A program made the position numbers and the translations under genes. The notes beneath the pieces were generated by a model, which had not been told where the DNA came from, did not search any database, and saw only the letters and a program-made list of their open reading frames with translations. DNA of 64,000 bases, from the NCBI GenBank assembly GCA_028534125.1, contig CM052817.1:40426001-40490000 (forward strand), read 5' to 3'. Shown here piece by piece: positions 25,456-39,448 of the stretch (position 1 is its first letter; every line of letters starts with the position of its first letter). Source of the DNA: Lama glama. Lineage: Eukaryota.

Positions 25456-25612
25456 TTTTTTTTAAAAAAATCTTTTTATTTATTTTTTGTTGGGGGGAGA
25501 TAATTAGGTTTATTTATTCATTTATTTATTTTTAATGGAAGTACTGGGGACTGAACTCAGCAGCCCATGCGTACTAGGCATGTGCTCTACCACTGTGCTA
25601 TACCCTCCCCCC
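25456..25612 (-). mobile_element. camelid tRNA-derived SINE (Vic-1-like)
   Basis: Reverse tRNA-like head plus taattaggtttatttatt tail; TSD gagaggga at 25447-25454 and 25614-25621. Confidence 0.85.
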
Positions 25613-28600
25613 AGAGAGGGATATATTTTTAATTAGACTTTTTCTTAAGACACTGCTACTCATATTTCTTGTGTGAGTGACCCTCCTTCATCCAGCCTAG
25701 GATACCTCTCCCCAGGCCAGAGCTCAGAGTCCTGAGGGTTCCCCTTCTCCAGGAGGGACTCTCTCTTAATCAATTATTTACAAATTTGTTGAAGGTGTTT
25801 GTGCATACTAAAATATAAGTTAAAGTAACCCCCAAATTTTCTCTGCCCGTAAGATGTATATAGGATAACATTTCCCAAATTAGTGTCCATCCCATGAGGG
25901 GACAAAGATGCTTGAGTAAATTTTGGAAATGTTCCATATACCCCTTTAAAAAATTTATTTATAATGCACAATAGCATGGTAAAGTCTCTAAGATGAGATA
26001 CATATACCAATTTAACTTTTTTATTGTTGATGTTTTCCAAAGAATTTTTCATACAACACTTATCATAGTATTTTTCAGACCACATGTCCTGAGTCATGAA
26101 ATCAATTTAACAGGTTACGATCAACATTTTTTAAATGAAATAGCATATATAAAAGAATAGGAATTATGACTGTGCACTCCTCTTAGTGAGGGCTATAGTG
26201 TTTGATGAATCTTTTGGTTCCCCCGTGTGTGCAGGTGCAAGGCCACGAGGCAACGGAGAAGGGTAGTCAAAAGCACTGTAGAAACAGGACCCCTGGGTTC
26301 CAATTCTGACTCTACCCCACCCTGTCTGTGTACGGCAAGCACTTTATAAACGTGGTCACTATTCATTTTATTATTATATAAATGTTTGTGTGTATACTGA
26401 ATCATGATGTTAAAATACTGCCCCTGAAACTAGGCTTGAGACTCACTTTGGAAAAGATTGCTCTAGGACAGGGCTCCACGCTGAACGCTGAACCTGGGCA
26501 GTCGGAGACAGAGCCCACAAGTTCAGCCACCTCAGCTCCCATGTTGTGATGCAGTAGTGACATGCAGATGGACACCTGCAGACCTGTGAGACTCAAACAT
26601 GGTGCCGCACTGCACTGGTGTGGAAGTGAGCTGATGACAGTTGTGTTCTGTAAGACAGGGCCTGATGAGTGAGGGGGCAGGCGTTGCACATGTAGGCCAG
26701 AAGAGACCTCACTGCTGCCAGCCTGTGGCCTCTGACAGTTAATGCCCTTGGACAGGCAGCCTGATGCCCAAAGAAACCCAGATGTGCCAGAGACTAGCAG
26801 CTCAGCCTTTCTTCCATCCTGACCAGTTCCTAACTTCTGCATACTGGTTTGTAGCAAATAGTCACAACAGGTCTAAAGAGATATGTCCATCCCATAAACT
26901 CTCACTTTTTACTACATTCTAAATTATTTGTTTTTTTAAATCACTTTCTGTCCTTAATAGTGTTTCATAATATAATAAATGGAAAGCAATGTAGTTTTAA
27001 GAATTTCGTATAAAAGGAGACGTCTTAAAATTGAGACTGGGAATCTTTTTTTCTCCCCTATTGCAATCTAGAAAGTAAAACTAATTTCATTTTGGAAGAA
27101 GATTTCAGTTTTCCTTAAAGCTCAAACTAAATGTAAGCAATCACTTGTCCATAGACTTTGTCAGGTAGAATAGATAACGCAAGTTTGTCATCATGGTTAC
27201 TTTTCTTTTCTAAAAAGTGTAGAGGCTGTGTCTAACATACTAAAAGTCTTTAAGGTATTCAGATTTTGTTCGAGGCTGTGGAATCGTCCATCTCTGAGGA
27301 CAGTGATGCAGACTATCTGTGGAATGTAAAGGAGTGAGATGAAGTGTCATTGACAAAACGGTGAAAGTCATGTAATACTTTTAGACAAGTGAGACAAAAG
27401 CTTAAGAAGTAATTGTGATTGATGATGGCAGAAGTGGAAATTAGCCTGTAGTTTAAATGGTGTTATTTAACTCCAAAGTAATTATAATGAATTTTAATGG
27501 TTTTCAACTGAATATAAACATAAATGTCTCCAAAAATAGAATAGCCTTACTATTCATCAAACATTTCATTTATTAACAAGGTAGATGTCTTTCTGGCTTT
27601 TTTTTTTTTTTAACACTTATGAAGACTTAGCTGCCAAAGAAATATTTAAAATGGTAATAATTGGAAATTTTTAAGCATAAACTAAAATTGACTATACATA
27701 GTTAAAATTATTATTGTATTTTTCAACACTAGTCCTGTTAATAAAATAGTCTTTCAGATTATTTTTATACTATTGATTCATGAGTGAAAAGGTTAAGTGT
27801 TAGTTAAGAATTGTTGATACCATTGTAAAGCAATCCAAATAGAAATAATAATTTTCTACTGAACTTGGAGTGTTTGTGAATTAGAATTAGAATTCTGTAA
27901 TGTAATTGTCCTGGAATTTCAAGGGAAATACGTCTCCTGGAATTTAGAAGTTCTACTTTTCACGAAAACTTAAAGGGTATTTACATAGAAACGCTAGTAA
28001 CTGAGATATAACTGCATGCAGTAGCAGGAGTATTATGTGTGACAGTTTTTCTTCCTTGTGGTATTATGTTCCCACATAGCCTGGACTTCAAAAGTATGTC
28101 ATTTTGAAAAAATTTTCCAGTCTTGTCAATGACAGTGTAGTGTTTACAAGAACCATATTTATCTCCCTGTAATTTTAGCAGCTAATAGGATGGTTCTTGA
28201 GAAAGCTGATTATCTTTTCTATGACATTTTGATTGGTGTTTTTCCATTTCAATTTGAGTTTATATGTGGCATAAAAATTGATTATGTGAAAAGGAGTGGG
28301 TTGCCATTGTATACCAAAATTGTGATGGTACAAATAAGGAAAATCACAAATAAACAACCTAATCTACCACCTAAAAGAATTAGGAAAAGAACAAACAAAG
28401 TTTTGATTATATATGTATGCATGTGAAAATAAGGGCAAGAATTTTCCAGCAACTGATTTGGGGAAAGATACCGTTGTGATCCAATAGTGGTGCATCGTGT
28501 TTTTTTAGAGACCAGGCCACAGAACCAAGTGAATGTTCACTTACAGAGCCATAAATTTGGCAATTCAGAAATGGTGTTCTTTATTAACTATTGGACAATA

Positions 28601-29073
28601 TTTATGAAATCCCTAGTATGGTCCCTGGCCCAGAGTAATTTTTTTTCCACTGTTACTTCCTGCTTATTCATAACATAGGTTTTAACTCATGTCATTACAT
28701 GGAAAATTAAAGAGGATTGTTCTGGATGATAATTGCTCCCCTACTGAGAATCTAAGAGCTAGATAAAGCCTTTGGAAGTCACATAATTTACTTCTTAGAG
28801 TCTTGGCATGACTGCAGTCATCACAGAGAGATGATGTGTACACTCCATTCTACTTTGAGTCTATGAATATTTTACATTAGTTCTTGGCACACTGTTTATC
28901 CAGGCTGACTTAACAGGACTCTGATGTTGAACCTAGGCTCACTTCAGTTTCATATAGCTCCTGCCTTGCTTGCTTGTTGCCTGCTTACCTTGTCTTTCCA
29001 ATTAAATCATTGGGTTTTTGTGTGTAGAAATTATTATTATGCAATTTTGGTATCCCACTGGGTTATTTAATAA

Positions 29074-29273
29074 CAGGGGTTAGCAAACTATTTTGAAAGT
29101 AAAGTTTTATTGGAACACAGCCATGCTCATTGGTTACATATTACGTACCTGTGACTGCTTCTGCACTCCCACACAGAGTTGAGTAGCAATTGAAACAGTC
29201 TCCATCTGGCCCAGAAAGCTGAAAATCTCTACTATTTGGTCCCATATAATAAGGAAAAGGTGGTTGACCCCTG
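29074..29273. mobile_element. MER58A-like MITE
   Basis: caggggttagcaaacta...aaagttttattggaacacagccatgctcatt...gttgacccctg. Confidence 0.85.
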
Positions 29274-29542
29274 TGCATTTAATACTCTTCCTATGGGATT
29301 CTTGAAGAAAATGTGGGGGAAAGTGGCCTGCTACAAAGTATATACAGCTAACTGCTTTCTGTAGGGACAAATTTCCCACCTGAATGACCAAATGAGTGAC
29401 TCGTCCTGTTTCACTGTCCATTGGCTCTGAAATCAGCATAGGCTTAGGTGAGTCACTAGATGTGTAATCGTAAATGAGTTACTTAGTCCTTTTTAAGCCT
29501 GTGTTTTCCTGTGTACAAAATAAGGGTCAGTATGGTGCCTGC

Positions 29543-29991
29543 TGTTGGGAGACAGTTCTCCATGCATCCCGTGCGTTTCAGCAGGTCTTACAAGGAGAGG
29601 CACTGGCTGCCCTTTCATTCTAGACTGCCTTTTCAAGGTTGTTTGTGTAAACAATCGTGGATGATAGAGACAGAGTTGCCCTCAGAAGCCAAGGGCTGGC
29701 ATGCTTACATCCAGAGTAACAGATTTGAGTTCTCGCAGCTCAGAGTTCCTCTCCAGTAATACTATTCGCTGCATGGACAGGTGTCACATAGCCCTCTTTT
29801 GACACCATGGAGGAATTGGAGCTGGGGAGCTGGTACAAGCAAATGCTGATACTCTGGCCCCTGCTGTTGCCGTAAGTAATAAAGTCCTTTGTTTCTGACC
29901 CAGGAGTCTTGTGTCTTCTGCCAGCATTCATGAAACTGTGGTAGGTTAACTTGTGCAAATGAAATCTCAGCCCTTTTACAGTTCTTGGACA
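29543..29991 (+). mobile_element. LTR40-like ERVL solo LTR inserted in a MIR
   Basis: TGTTGGGAGACAGTTCTCCATG start; gtaataaagtcctttgtttctgacccaggagtcttgtgtcttctgccagc; ends cagttcttggaca; MIR halves on both sides. Confidence 0.85.
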
Positions 29992-30169
29992 ACTATCCTA
30001 TGGAGTTAGTATAAGAATTGAATAAGGTAATAAATATGAAACATTTAACACAGGGCCTGGCCTATAGTAAATGCCCAATAAATGTTAGCTATTAATTACT
30101 ATCTAGCTAACTATTAACTCTGCAGTGTGAAATGGGTCCTAGTTTTGTGTGGAAAGCTTATGTCTTAAG

Positions 30170-30423
30170 GTAGTGATTTTTCCAACTGTAGGCCACCAAG
30201 GTTATGAGAACAGTTAAGTAGGTTTATTTTTTTAATGATATGGAAAATAGAATATAATAGAATAATAAAATATCCAAGTGTAAAATATGTAGTAAGGATA
30301 AATACTGATTTGTAAAACTTTAGATTTCTGTCATATGCATATATATCTGTATACAAGGCTGTGATATAAAAAAAATTTATTTTTTACTGTCAGTCGCAGT
30401 CAAAAAAGTTGGAAAGCCACTGC
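30170..30423. mobile_element. hAT-Charlie-type MITE
   Basis: tagtgatttttccaact ... agttggaaagccactg inverted termini. Confidence 0.55.
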
Positions 30424-30659
30424 TGCACTAATACATATATGCAAGTGTTCAGAAAAACTTCTGTTCATGAGAGCATAGAATTCCTTTCTTTACTTTTATT
30501 CCTGAAAAGAGGTGTAAAGGGCCACCATCACTCATCTGAGAAGTGACCAGATTCACTGTGTTCACCCTCTGCATAGCATGTGGCTCATTTTTGCCCATGA
30601 TTAGCAGAAAATGAATGCAACCACCAGGTTATTTTCTGAAGAAAGAGTTTTTTTATATT

Positions 30660-30842
30660 AGCCCCATCCAATAGAACCTTCTTTGGTGATGGAAATCTTC
30701 TATTTCTGAACCTTCCAGTACAGCAGCCAATAGCTCTTGAACACTTGACTATGCAACTGAGGAACTGAGCTTTTAATTAAAACAATTTAAATTTGAATTA
30801 ATTTAAATTTAAATAGCCACGTGTGGCTATTGGACAGCGCAG
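30660..30842. mobile_element. MER3 MITE
   Basis: tccaatagaaccttctttggtgatggaaat...actgaggaactg...aaatagccacgtgtggctattggacagcgc. Confidence 0.8.
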
Positions 30843-31689
30843 TTTTTGTTTGAACGGCCAGCTGTGGTTTTCCTCAGCACAGCTAACTGCATGGTTTGGC
30901 TTGTGCTACAGTCCTAAGGTGCAGCACCCTCCCACTGGGTTGTTCAAACAGCCATTGACCCTTGCCCACAGCTGACTTGGGCAGACCTTGGGGTGAAGAA
31001 TTGCTTGATGAGCTGCTACCTTGGACAGTGCCACAAGCCAGAAAAAAATGGCATGATGCCAACAGACAGAGATTCTTAACCCTGGCTATGCAATAGAGTC
31101 ATCTGAAAATCAGTAACAGTCTGGGCTGCACCTCAGACCAATTAAATCAGACATTTTTGCAAAGCTCAATGGGTATTCTGTCATATTCTCAGCTAGGCAG
31201 CATCCCAAGTACTTTGATGATGCTCTACCATAGTATCCCAGAAAGTACTGGCTCTTATTGACCAACTCATACATCCAGTGCTTCCCATTTATGTTTTCAG
31301 CACACATATGGTTTCTAGTGTATGTTTGAGATATGCTGTTCTTGCTCAGTCTAGAGGGGGAGACCAACACATAAACAGTTATCAAACAATAGGGTAAGCA
31401 TAATAATAGAAGAATCATAGGGTGCTTTGAGAACACCCAAGAGGAGGCATCAGAGGGTCTTCCTAGAGGTGGTGACATCCAACCTGAGTCTTATAGGATC
31501 AGAAGGAATAGTCACGTGAAGAAAGGAAAATGAAAAGAAAAAAAAAAGATACTGCCTGGGAGGAGGCCCTGGCCAACATTTTCTGTCCCTCTAGGATTAA
31601 ACACCATAAGATAGCTCCCTCCTGGGGGAGACCCTCACTGCTGTTGTAACAAACCTCATGGGGTATCCTTATCCTAACTGGCATTTATT

Positions 31690-31920
31690 ATTTATTCATT
31701 TACTCATTCATGCATTTATTCAACAAGTGTGATTTATTGAGGCACTACTACGTGTAGACATGATCTAGGTGCTGGTGATACAGCAGTGAACAAAACAGAC
31801 AGCACTCTTGTCCTTAGGGGGCTCTGTATTCTAGTGGGGAAGACTGAGCAGAATTAAACAAGGAAATAGTATAGTGCAAGGCTAATGTGCTATGGAGAAA
31901 AAGAAGTCACGGTAAGGAAT
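31690..31920 (-). mobile_element. LINE-2 3' end
   Basis: (ttca)n-like start then ttattgaggcactacta...ctaggtgctggtgatacagcagtgaacaaaacagac. Confidence 0.85.
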
Positions 31921-32519
31921 TTGAAGGTTCTGGAGAACGTGCTCTGAGAACCAGAAGTCTCACTGCATCTCTCTGCAAACTTAGTGGCAGTTCTTACTAC
32001 TTTCTGAGACTGGACTTGGGTTCTGCAGTTATTTTCCTTTGTTAAAGCCTGGCCGTCCACCGATGTCCATCACCCCATGTCCTCCTGCCTTCTGCAGCAC
32101 CATAACTTATGACCGCACAGCCTCTCATGCTCCCCTCCCCACCCCCATGCATCATGTCTTGTATGTTCACCCTCTCTTAGCATTTTCGCTTCCAGTTCTC
32201 TGTTGATTCCCTCCACTCTTTTCCTCTTCACCCCAGGGGGTCCATGGTTAATAAAGTTCTCGACCTTCCTGCTTATTGCTCTGTCACCTTCCTCTATGGG
32301 TCATTGCATGAAAAGGCTTGTGAGGCTAAACATGGTAAACCACCTTTCACCCTTTCTCATCACTACTCTCCATCCAGCTCCCAATCACTTCCATCTATTT
32401 CTTGAAGAACTAAAGACCTGGTCTTTCCAAACCTCCCTTTCCTGACTCTCGTCATAACCCATCCTAGATGATCTGACCATGAATCTGGCCTCAAGATCCT
32501 TGGACCTTCTTCTTCTTCT

Positions 32520-32690
32520 TTTTTTTTTTAATTGAAGTATAGTCAGTGTACAATGTTGTGTCAATTTCTGGTGTACAGCATAATGTTTCAGGCATACATA
32601 CATACATATACACATATTCATTTTGATATCCTTTTTCATTATAGTTTATGGCAAGATATTGAATACAGTTCCCTGTGCTATAAAGGGAAC
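32520..32690 (-). mobile_element. 5'-truncated cetartiodactyl-type L1 3' end
   Basis: polyT + aattgaagtatagtcagtgtacaatgttgtgtcaatttctggtgtacagc...acagttccctgtgctata. Confidence 0.85.
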
Positions 32691-32964
32691 CTTTATTATA
32701 TTCCTCTTTCTTCCTCTCTCTTATATCTTTCCTGGCTCCTTCCCATCAGCCAGGCATTTACAGATTTCTTCCATTCTAAAAAGTAATGCTCCTGGGTTAA
32801 ATTATGATGGATCTCTATAATAGAATACTGTCCAGTCGTCTGAAATATTGATGGAAGTGTACATATCTCACATGGAAAGATGATCACAAAAATGAGTGAA
32901 AAAAGTTTTAAAATAGCTTATCAAGTGATTTTTTCCTATTTTATTTATATTTTTTATTTTAAAT

Positions 32965-33272
32965 GCTGTAAAAGAAAATACATAACATAAAATTTACCAT
33001 CTTAACTATTTTGGAGTATACAGTGTACCCATTAAACAGTAGCTCCCTTTTTCCCCCTCCTCCCCCAGCCCTTGGCCACCACCATCTCCTTTATGTCTCT
33101 ATGAATTTGACAGTTCTAGGTACCTCATATAAGTGGAATCATAGAACATTTGTCCTTTTCTGATTGGTTTATTTCACTTAGCACAGTGTCCTAATGGTTT
33201 ACCCAGGTTGTAGCAGGTCAGAATTTCTTCCTTTTTAAGGCTTAATAGCATTCCATTGTATTTATATACCAA
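32965..33272 (-). mobile_element. L1MB-like 3' end
   Basis: aaaatacataacataaaatttaccatcttaac...ctaggtacctcatataagtggaatcata...ttatttcacttagca. Confidence 0.8.
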
Positions 33273-33479
33273 GTTTTAAATGATTTCATTTAAAAGAAGA
33301 AAAATGTTTTTGTTAGTATATGTAAATATGTATGGTATATAAACACACATATATACGTATAGAAGATTGTACATCAAAAAGTTAACAGTGGTTATCTCTA
33401 AATTGTGGAATCTTGAATACTTTTCACCTTCTTTCTCCTCATGTGTGCCTTCTAAAGTGTCTGCAGCGAGCACACTTCC

Positions 33480-33930
33480 CCGTTGTAAATGCCGAAGGAG
33501 ACAGAAGTCAGTGGCGCCTCGTGGGCTACAGTCTAGTCATCCCCGCCGCCCACCGGGCGCCTGCCCTTCTCTCCAGCTTGTCACGCACCACTCTCTGCCT
33601 TACCCGTTACACTCTGAGCACCACAAAGCCCTGGTTCCTGCACCCGTAGAGGCTGGATGCCCTGGAGCCCTCGCCTGTGCACCTCCCCCCTCCCCTCAGC
33701 TGCAGGGGAAACCTCCGCACTCTGAAGACACAGCCCAGAGCCATTTCCTTCTTGCCTGCCCTCCCACTGCGCTCCGTGCTGGGTCAGCTTGCTCCCTTCA
33801 GGGCTCCCTAATCCCTTTACCAATCTGGTGCTGCACTTGCCTCCTGATTATCTACGAGCTGCCTGGGGGCGGGGGCTGCGCGTCCATCCCTGTGTTTGCA
33901 GCGCTTGGCACAGAGCCTGGGCAACTAAGC
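33480..33930 (+). mobile_element. LINE-2 3' fragment, unusually GC/CpG-rich
   Basis: L2 end motif recognisable (gggggcgggggctgcgcg...cagcgcttggcacagagcctgg) despite the high CpG content. Confidence 0.55.
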
Positions 33931-36900
33931 TGGGCGGCTTGGGGAGCCACTGGCTGTTCAGACAGGCTGGATCACTGGATGCTCAGGAATGAGGCTGAAA
34001 ATGTTGGTGGAAGATTTGCCCCGAAGCCCTTCGTTCCACGACACCCTGCTGCCCCTTGCATGGACCCAGTAAAGATGTAAAAATACATTACATTTGACCA
34101 AAAATAAATTCGGTGTTAAAATTATTGAAAAGCACTACATTTCTATCTTCATGATACCAGTGAACTCTGGCCCTAGTCCTTGGTCACGTGGCCATGCCTG
34201 GTCTCCTGTTGTGCTGGCTCATACACAGGTTTGGTAAATACCTGTCAACCTCCTTCATAACCCTAGTGGCTCCCTATGATCAAACCTCTCTTCCTTGGCT
34301 GCTTGGATATGTTGGGACAGGAGTTATTTAGGGCCATGGGAGGCCTTTATTATCATCCTCCAAGTCTATGATAGTGACTCGTTGCTTACATTACAAGTAT
34401 GATTGATCCCAATCAGGACCCTTTTGAGAAATAGAAAAGGGGTAAAAAGATCTACTGCCAGCATAGCTTGAGTGCTGTGTTTAAGCATCCTGGTGGGTAA
34501 AGGCAGCTGATGAATTCTTGCTACACTTGCTGTTGCCAGCCACACGTGGCTCCTTAAGAAAGGCTCTGAAAGTCATAGTGTGTTTAATAGTAGCTCACTC
34601 TGAAAGCTGTTATAGGCCAAGTTTGGTAAAGCAAATTCCGCAGGCTGGTACAGTTAGGTAGTTTGAGACAATTCTCTTACCTTTAAAAGAGGGATTCTAG
34701 GGAGCATTAAAAGAGCAGAAGGAAAAATGAAAACTGGTTTTAATTACTGTGGCACTGAATCGTTCGGGGCTATCGTCTGCTTCTCAGGCCGTGAGGATTT
34801 ATCTTGGTTTTCCTTGAGAAAGGTGGCCCAAGGTGAGTGATTTATCCAGACTATCTGAAATATTTTTAGCAAAAATTATTGATGACAGGACACTTGATGT
34901 TTGAAATGATACATTTTCCAGCTACTGGACCAACATGTGGTGTACTGGCATAGGTAGCCCGTGCTGTTCGCATCAGAATCACAACAGCTTAATTTAATGG
35001 TTCCTTCTTACCAAGATCAGGCTCTTTTTGTAGAAGTTCGGCTAGACTAGATAATCCTGGGTATGATATTTTTGTCTTGTTCTCTTTTGTTTTTGCCCAG
35101 TAAGCCAGAAGAGGAAGTAACAACATTACTTGGAATGAGCACTAGACTCAGAGATGTAATGTCAGCATTTAAATCCTGGCCTAACCACCCTCTATACCGG
35201 TTGTGCGCTTGGATGAGTTATTTAAACTCTAACAGAAGCTTTAGAGTTTCTGTTGTTCGTCAGTAAAATGTGGATTTATTTGCCTGTCTTGCTCACTAGA
35301 CTGTAAGCTTCTTCAGAGTAGGGATTATGGCTCATGCATCATTGGAAACTCAATACATGGATGTGGCCTGGCACGTAAGAACTCTATAAATATTTGTGGA
35401 CTAAATCAGATTCACTTTACTTACTTCATAGGTTGTTTGGAAGGCACAGGTAGGATGAGCAGCAGTAGAGGGGAGTGTTAACAGCACAGTCCTTGGGTCC
35501 CAGTCCTAGCTCCAGCACGTGACAGTGAGCAAGTAACTATTTTCTGGGCATCTGTGGAAGTGGATGATGGTTCCTAGCTCCTAGGGTAGTAGTTGGTGTG
35601 CCTGCACACAGGAAGTGCTGTGTACATACCAGCTATTGATGAAACATGGGAACGGGCTTTGCAAAGTGCTGTTCACATAAAGGTAGTATTGATTCGATGC
35701 TACCTTGCTAAGTGTTGGGCACACTAGGAAATACAGGACTGGGTTTTTCCTTTTCTTAATTAGTGGTAATTCAGTTCCATTTCACATTTTCCAAAGCCCA
35801 GCTTAGGGTATCTTTCACCTGGACCCTTTTAGTGACACCCATAAGCACCTGGATGCAAAGTGTAAGTTCAGAGAAGCCCTGACCTTGGGCTGCCCCAGCC
35901 TGGATCTGCTGCCTGCTGTCTTTTTCCTCTCTTTGCTTTGTGGAAGTAATTCTGGTCAATTCCCAGGCAGTACAGATTTTTCAGATGATGTTAAATAATA
36001 ATGATTTCAGATGTGCAAACACTGCATCAGTTTCTACACTAGTTTCTCAACCTCTTGCGTCTTGGCCACTAGAGTCCCTCGTGTGCAGTGCTGCCTGCCT
36101 CATCTTCCCATAATTTCACTCTCCCAAGGTCTCCCCAACCCAGAAACCCTCCTGAGATAGTACATTATTATAGGACCAAATCCAAGCTACTGGCGTTGCC
36201 ATTCAAGGCCGTGTATGATCTGAACCCATTTTATCTAGCCACGTTTTACTTCCAGTTTCTCTCTGATGTAGACTTTTACTGCCCAGTCACCTGGGCCCAG
36301 TCTTGTCTTCTTACTTTCATTTTCACGGTCCCCACACGAAAATGCCCTCCCTGCCCATTCTGTTTATTTACATTTGCCCATAGATTTAATGCCCCTCCCC
36401 CTTTCATAAATCCTACCTCTTCCTGAACATTGACTGGCTTCTCCTGTATTTTTGCATTGTGGCTTTATTAAGTGCCATTTTGAAAATGAGTATCTTCTCA
36501 TGAATGACTCAGACATTAACTTGATAATATTAAAATTATTTTAAGCTTACCAGTTAGGCATTCAGGAAAATTGTACTTGTTTTATATGCAGTATAAGTTA
36601 AAAAAATATTAACTTTTTCCTCTTGGCAGCTATAATTCCACCCCACTGCACATAAATAAAGCCCTGGAGTCCAGACCATATGCAGTAAAACAAAATAATA
36701 TTGTAGAGCAAAGCAGGGCTACTATTGCTATTATGGGACTCATAAGTCTCTTATTTCTTGACTTTTATAACACATGAGACATTGGCTGTTTCAGTATCTC
36801 AGCAATTCTTCACTATTAAACCATGGATAGACTATAGATTTAAGAGCCAGAACCCTGAAATCATTTAAGCACACAGTAGGAATTCAATCATTGTTGTGGA

Positions 36901-38398
36901 CAGACTGGTTTGTGGTTTGTTTTTGGCTCCTCATTGGTTGGTACATGTCAATTCACCTTTCTGTACTAATTAAGTACATCTTCTAAAAATTAGGATTTTC
37001 TTAAGCTTCAGATATAATGAAATAAAATTTAATTGCTAGAGTACAAACATACTACATGTCATGAGAATCAACATCACCTTCCTTTTGCCCTCCCTCTCTT
37101 CCTTCTTTTTCTTCTTTTCTTTCACATCAGTGGGCATCTGAAATGCCGAGTGCATTGGACCAGAAGGAGCTGGGTGGACGTGTGGATGAGTAAAACATTG
37201 CCTTCACTCTAACAAATCACAGCCTAGCACTGGAGACACACAGGAACAACTATGGTCTAACTACGAGATTGAATTAAATAAGGGTAAATAGTTACATAAG
37301 CAAACTGGGTAAATACAGAGAAAGAAGGAGAAGCTTGAAAAACATATGAACATAATAAATCATACTAAGTTTCTAGTATGTGCCAAGCTCTGTGCTAGGT
37401 CATAATTATGTTACTACATCCTCACAACAAATATTTAAGGTAGGTACATTAATCTACTTTTCAAAAATAAATAAATTGGAACACAATGTGAAAGAGGCAG
37501 AGCTGTGATTCAATTCCAGACCACTCTTTTACTATACCAGCCTGTCTTTATGCCAGTGTGAAAATAAAGTTTAATATGTAAATAAAAAGGTTTTGACGGA
37601 CACTTCAAAATAACCACAAAGCTTTGCAGAGGTTGGCATTTCCCTTAAGGACATTAGCCAGGATAAAAAGGAATAAAGTACAAAAGAAATAATGCACAGG
37701 AGAAAAAAAAACTTTAGAAGAAAATACCCTTCAGTTTTGAAACCTCCCAAGTAATGAATGGTAATCTCTTCTTTATGAATTTAACCACTGCAATACCAGG
37801 TAGAGATATTGAATGATTATTCTGTGAATTATCAAACAGAACTAACTTTCCTTAGGATTATTAAGTAGATTGCAAAGGGGGACTTCGACACAATTTTTAT
37901 ATGTAGTTGTGCATTTCAGCAGTTATTGCAGATAAACATTAAAAACGCCATCAAATTTCAAATTAATCCCCTTGAGTTTTTTCTACTGAATTCTTTGATA
38001 CTTCTAAATTAATTTGGCGAGAGTGGCTTTCTTCACAGAATTCTAATTAAACCTCCAGGAACATTTATTCAAGTTTTTGTATCTCTCAGAGTTTTGTGGG
38101 GGTTTTTTCATGTATATTTCTCATTACAGATAGTCCTAGATATTTTATGGCTTTTGTTGTTGTTGTAAATCTATTATGTTTTCATTTTTTTCCTGTACAA
38201 TTAAAAGCTGTTTGAATTTTCACCTTTTATCCAGCCCTTTATATGAACACTCATTAATTCCAATAATATTTTAATCAATTCTCTGGTCTTATTGTTGCAG
38301 ATAATAATCCCACTTCTGTATTTCTTATAAGCAGACCCCTTATTTTTGTTCTTGTTTTTAACTGAACTGGTAAAACCTGCCTGAACAGTGTTAATAAT

Positions 38399-38792
38399 TG
38401 TTAAAAAGAAAATTCAACTGAGTAAACATTAAAGATCTTATTGGCTTTATATAATGAGTCATAAATGGGGCAGCATCCCATCTGTGATGGGAGTTCCGAG
38501 AAGCTGTACAAAATAGAAGACTTTATAGGCAGAAGGAGGCAGGGCAAGGAATTTATTCTAGCAAAGAGTGGATTGTTTTAGGCAGTGTCCCCCGAAGGAA
38601 TTGGGGGAAGACAGGGGTCTACTAAACAGATTACCTCACTAGTGCTGACTGAGTAATTCCAGATTGACTGGTTGAAGGCTACATTCTGGGAGAGGCTGAA
38701 ACAGAAGTTAGATTAGGTATTAACTCTTGGTTTTGGTGACATGCGCTAAGTACAAGTGACTCCATTTTGGGACTGTTATCTCTTTTTCAGCA
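38399..38792 (-). mobile_element. ERV1-class solo LTR
   Basis: TG...CA termini; reverse-strand AATAA/TATAA-like signals; tgactccattttgg near the LTR start; interrupts the L1. Confidence 0.7.
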
Positions 38793-39448
38793 TCATCATG
38801 GTAATAGTATTCATTCATACACTAGTTTTGTTTAATAGGAAAGCTCTCTTTTCACACCAAAAAATAATGTTGGCTGATGGTTTGTGAGAGATACTCATTA
38901 TAAAGCCCTCTACTCCTAGTTTTCCTAGATATTTTGTAAGGGATGAGAACTGAATTTTGCCAAATGCCTTTTCAACATCCTCGTAGGGTTTCTCTTATAT
39001 GACTTATTAATGTATTTCATTATCTTCATCATAATAATTATATATTTCCTGGGATAAGGTCTCCTAGAGCATGGTTTATTTTTCTTTTAGTCTACTGTTG
39101 AATTTTTGTGCTATTTTCTATTTAGGATTTTTTACTCACATTATTCCTCAGCATTATACATACAGATAAGTATGCGTATTATATATGGTTGCACTGGGGA
39201 ATCACATTGTACATATGCTTTTGTATCCTGAATTTTGTACTTGTATACCATAAGCATTTTCCTATGGCATTAGAAATTCTTCAAAATACATTTCAATGGC
39301 TGCAGAGTATATTAGGGGTATATTATAACTTCCTTAACCTTCTTCTATTTTTCATTGCTCTAAGTCTTTCCTAATTTTTTACTATTATAAATAATGTAGG
39401 GATGAACATCATTACATATAAGCTTTTGTTCATTTTGCTGATTGTTTC

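Noticed and set aside
27261..27359. Possible internal exon (ttcag|att ... acg|gtgaaa)
   Set aside because: Poor polypyrimidine tract and weak donor; no recognisable coding content
33367..34080. 237-aa ORF
   Set aside because: Runs through L1/L2-derived and GC-rich sequence from a non-ATG start; no known protein similarity evident
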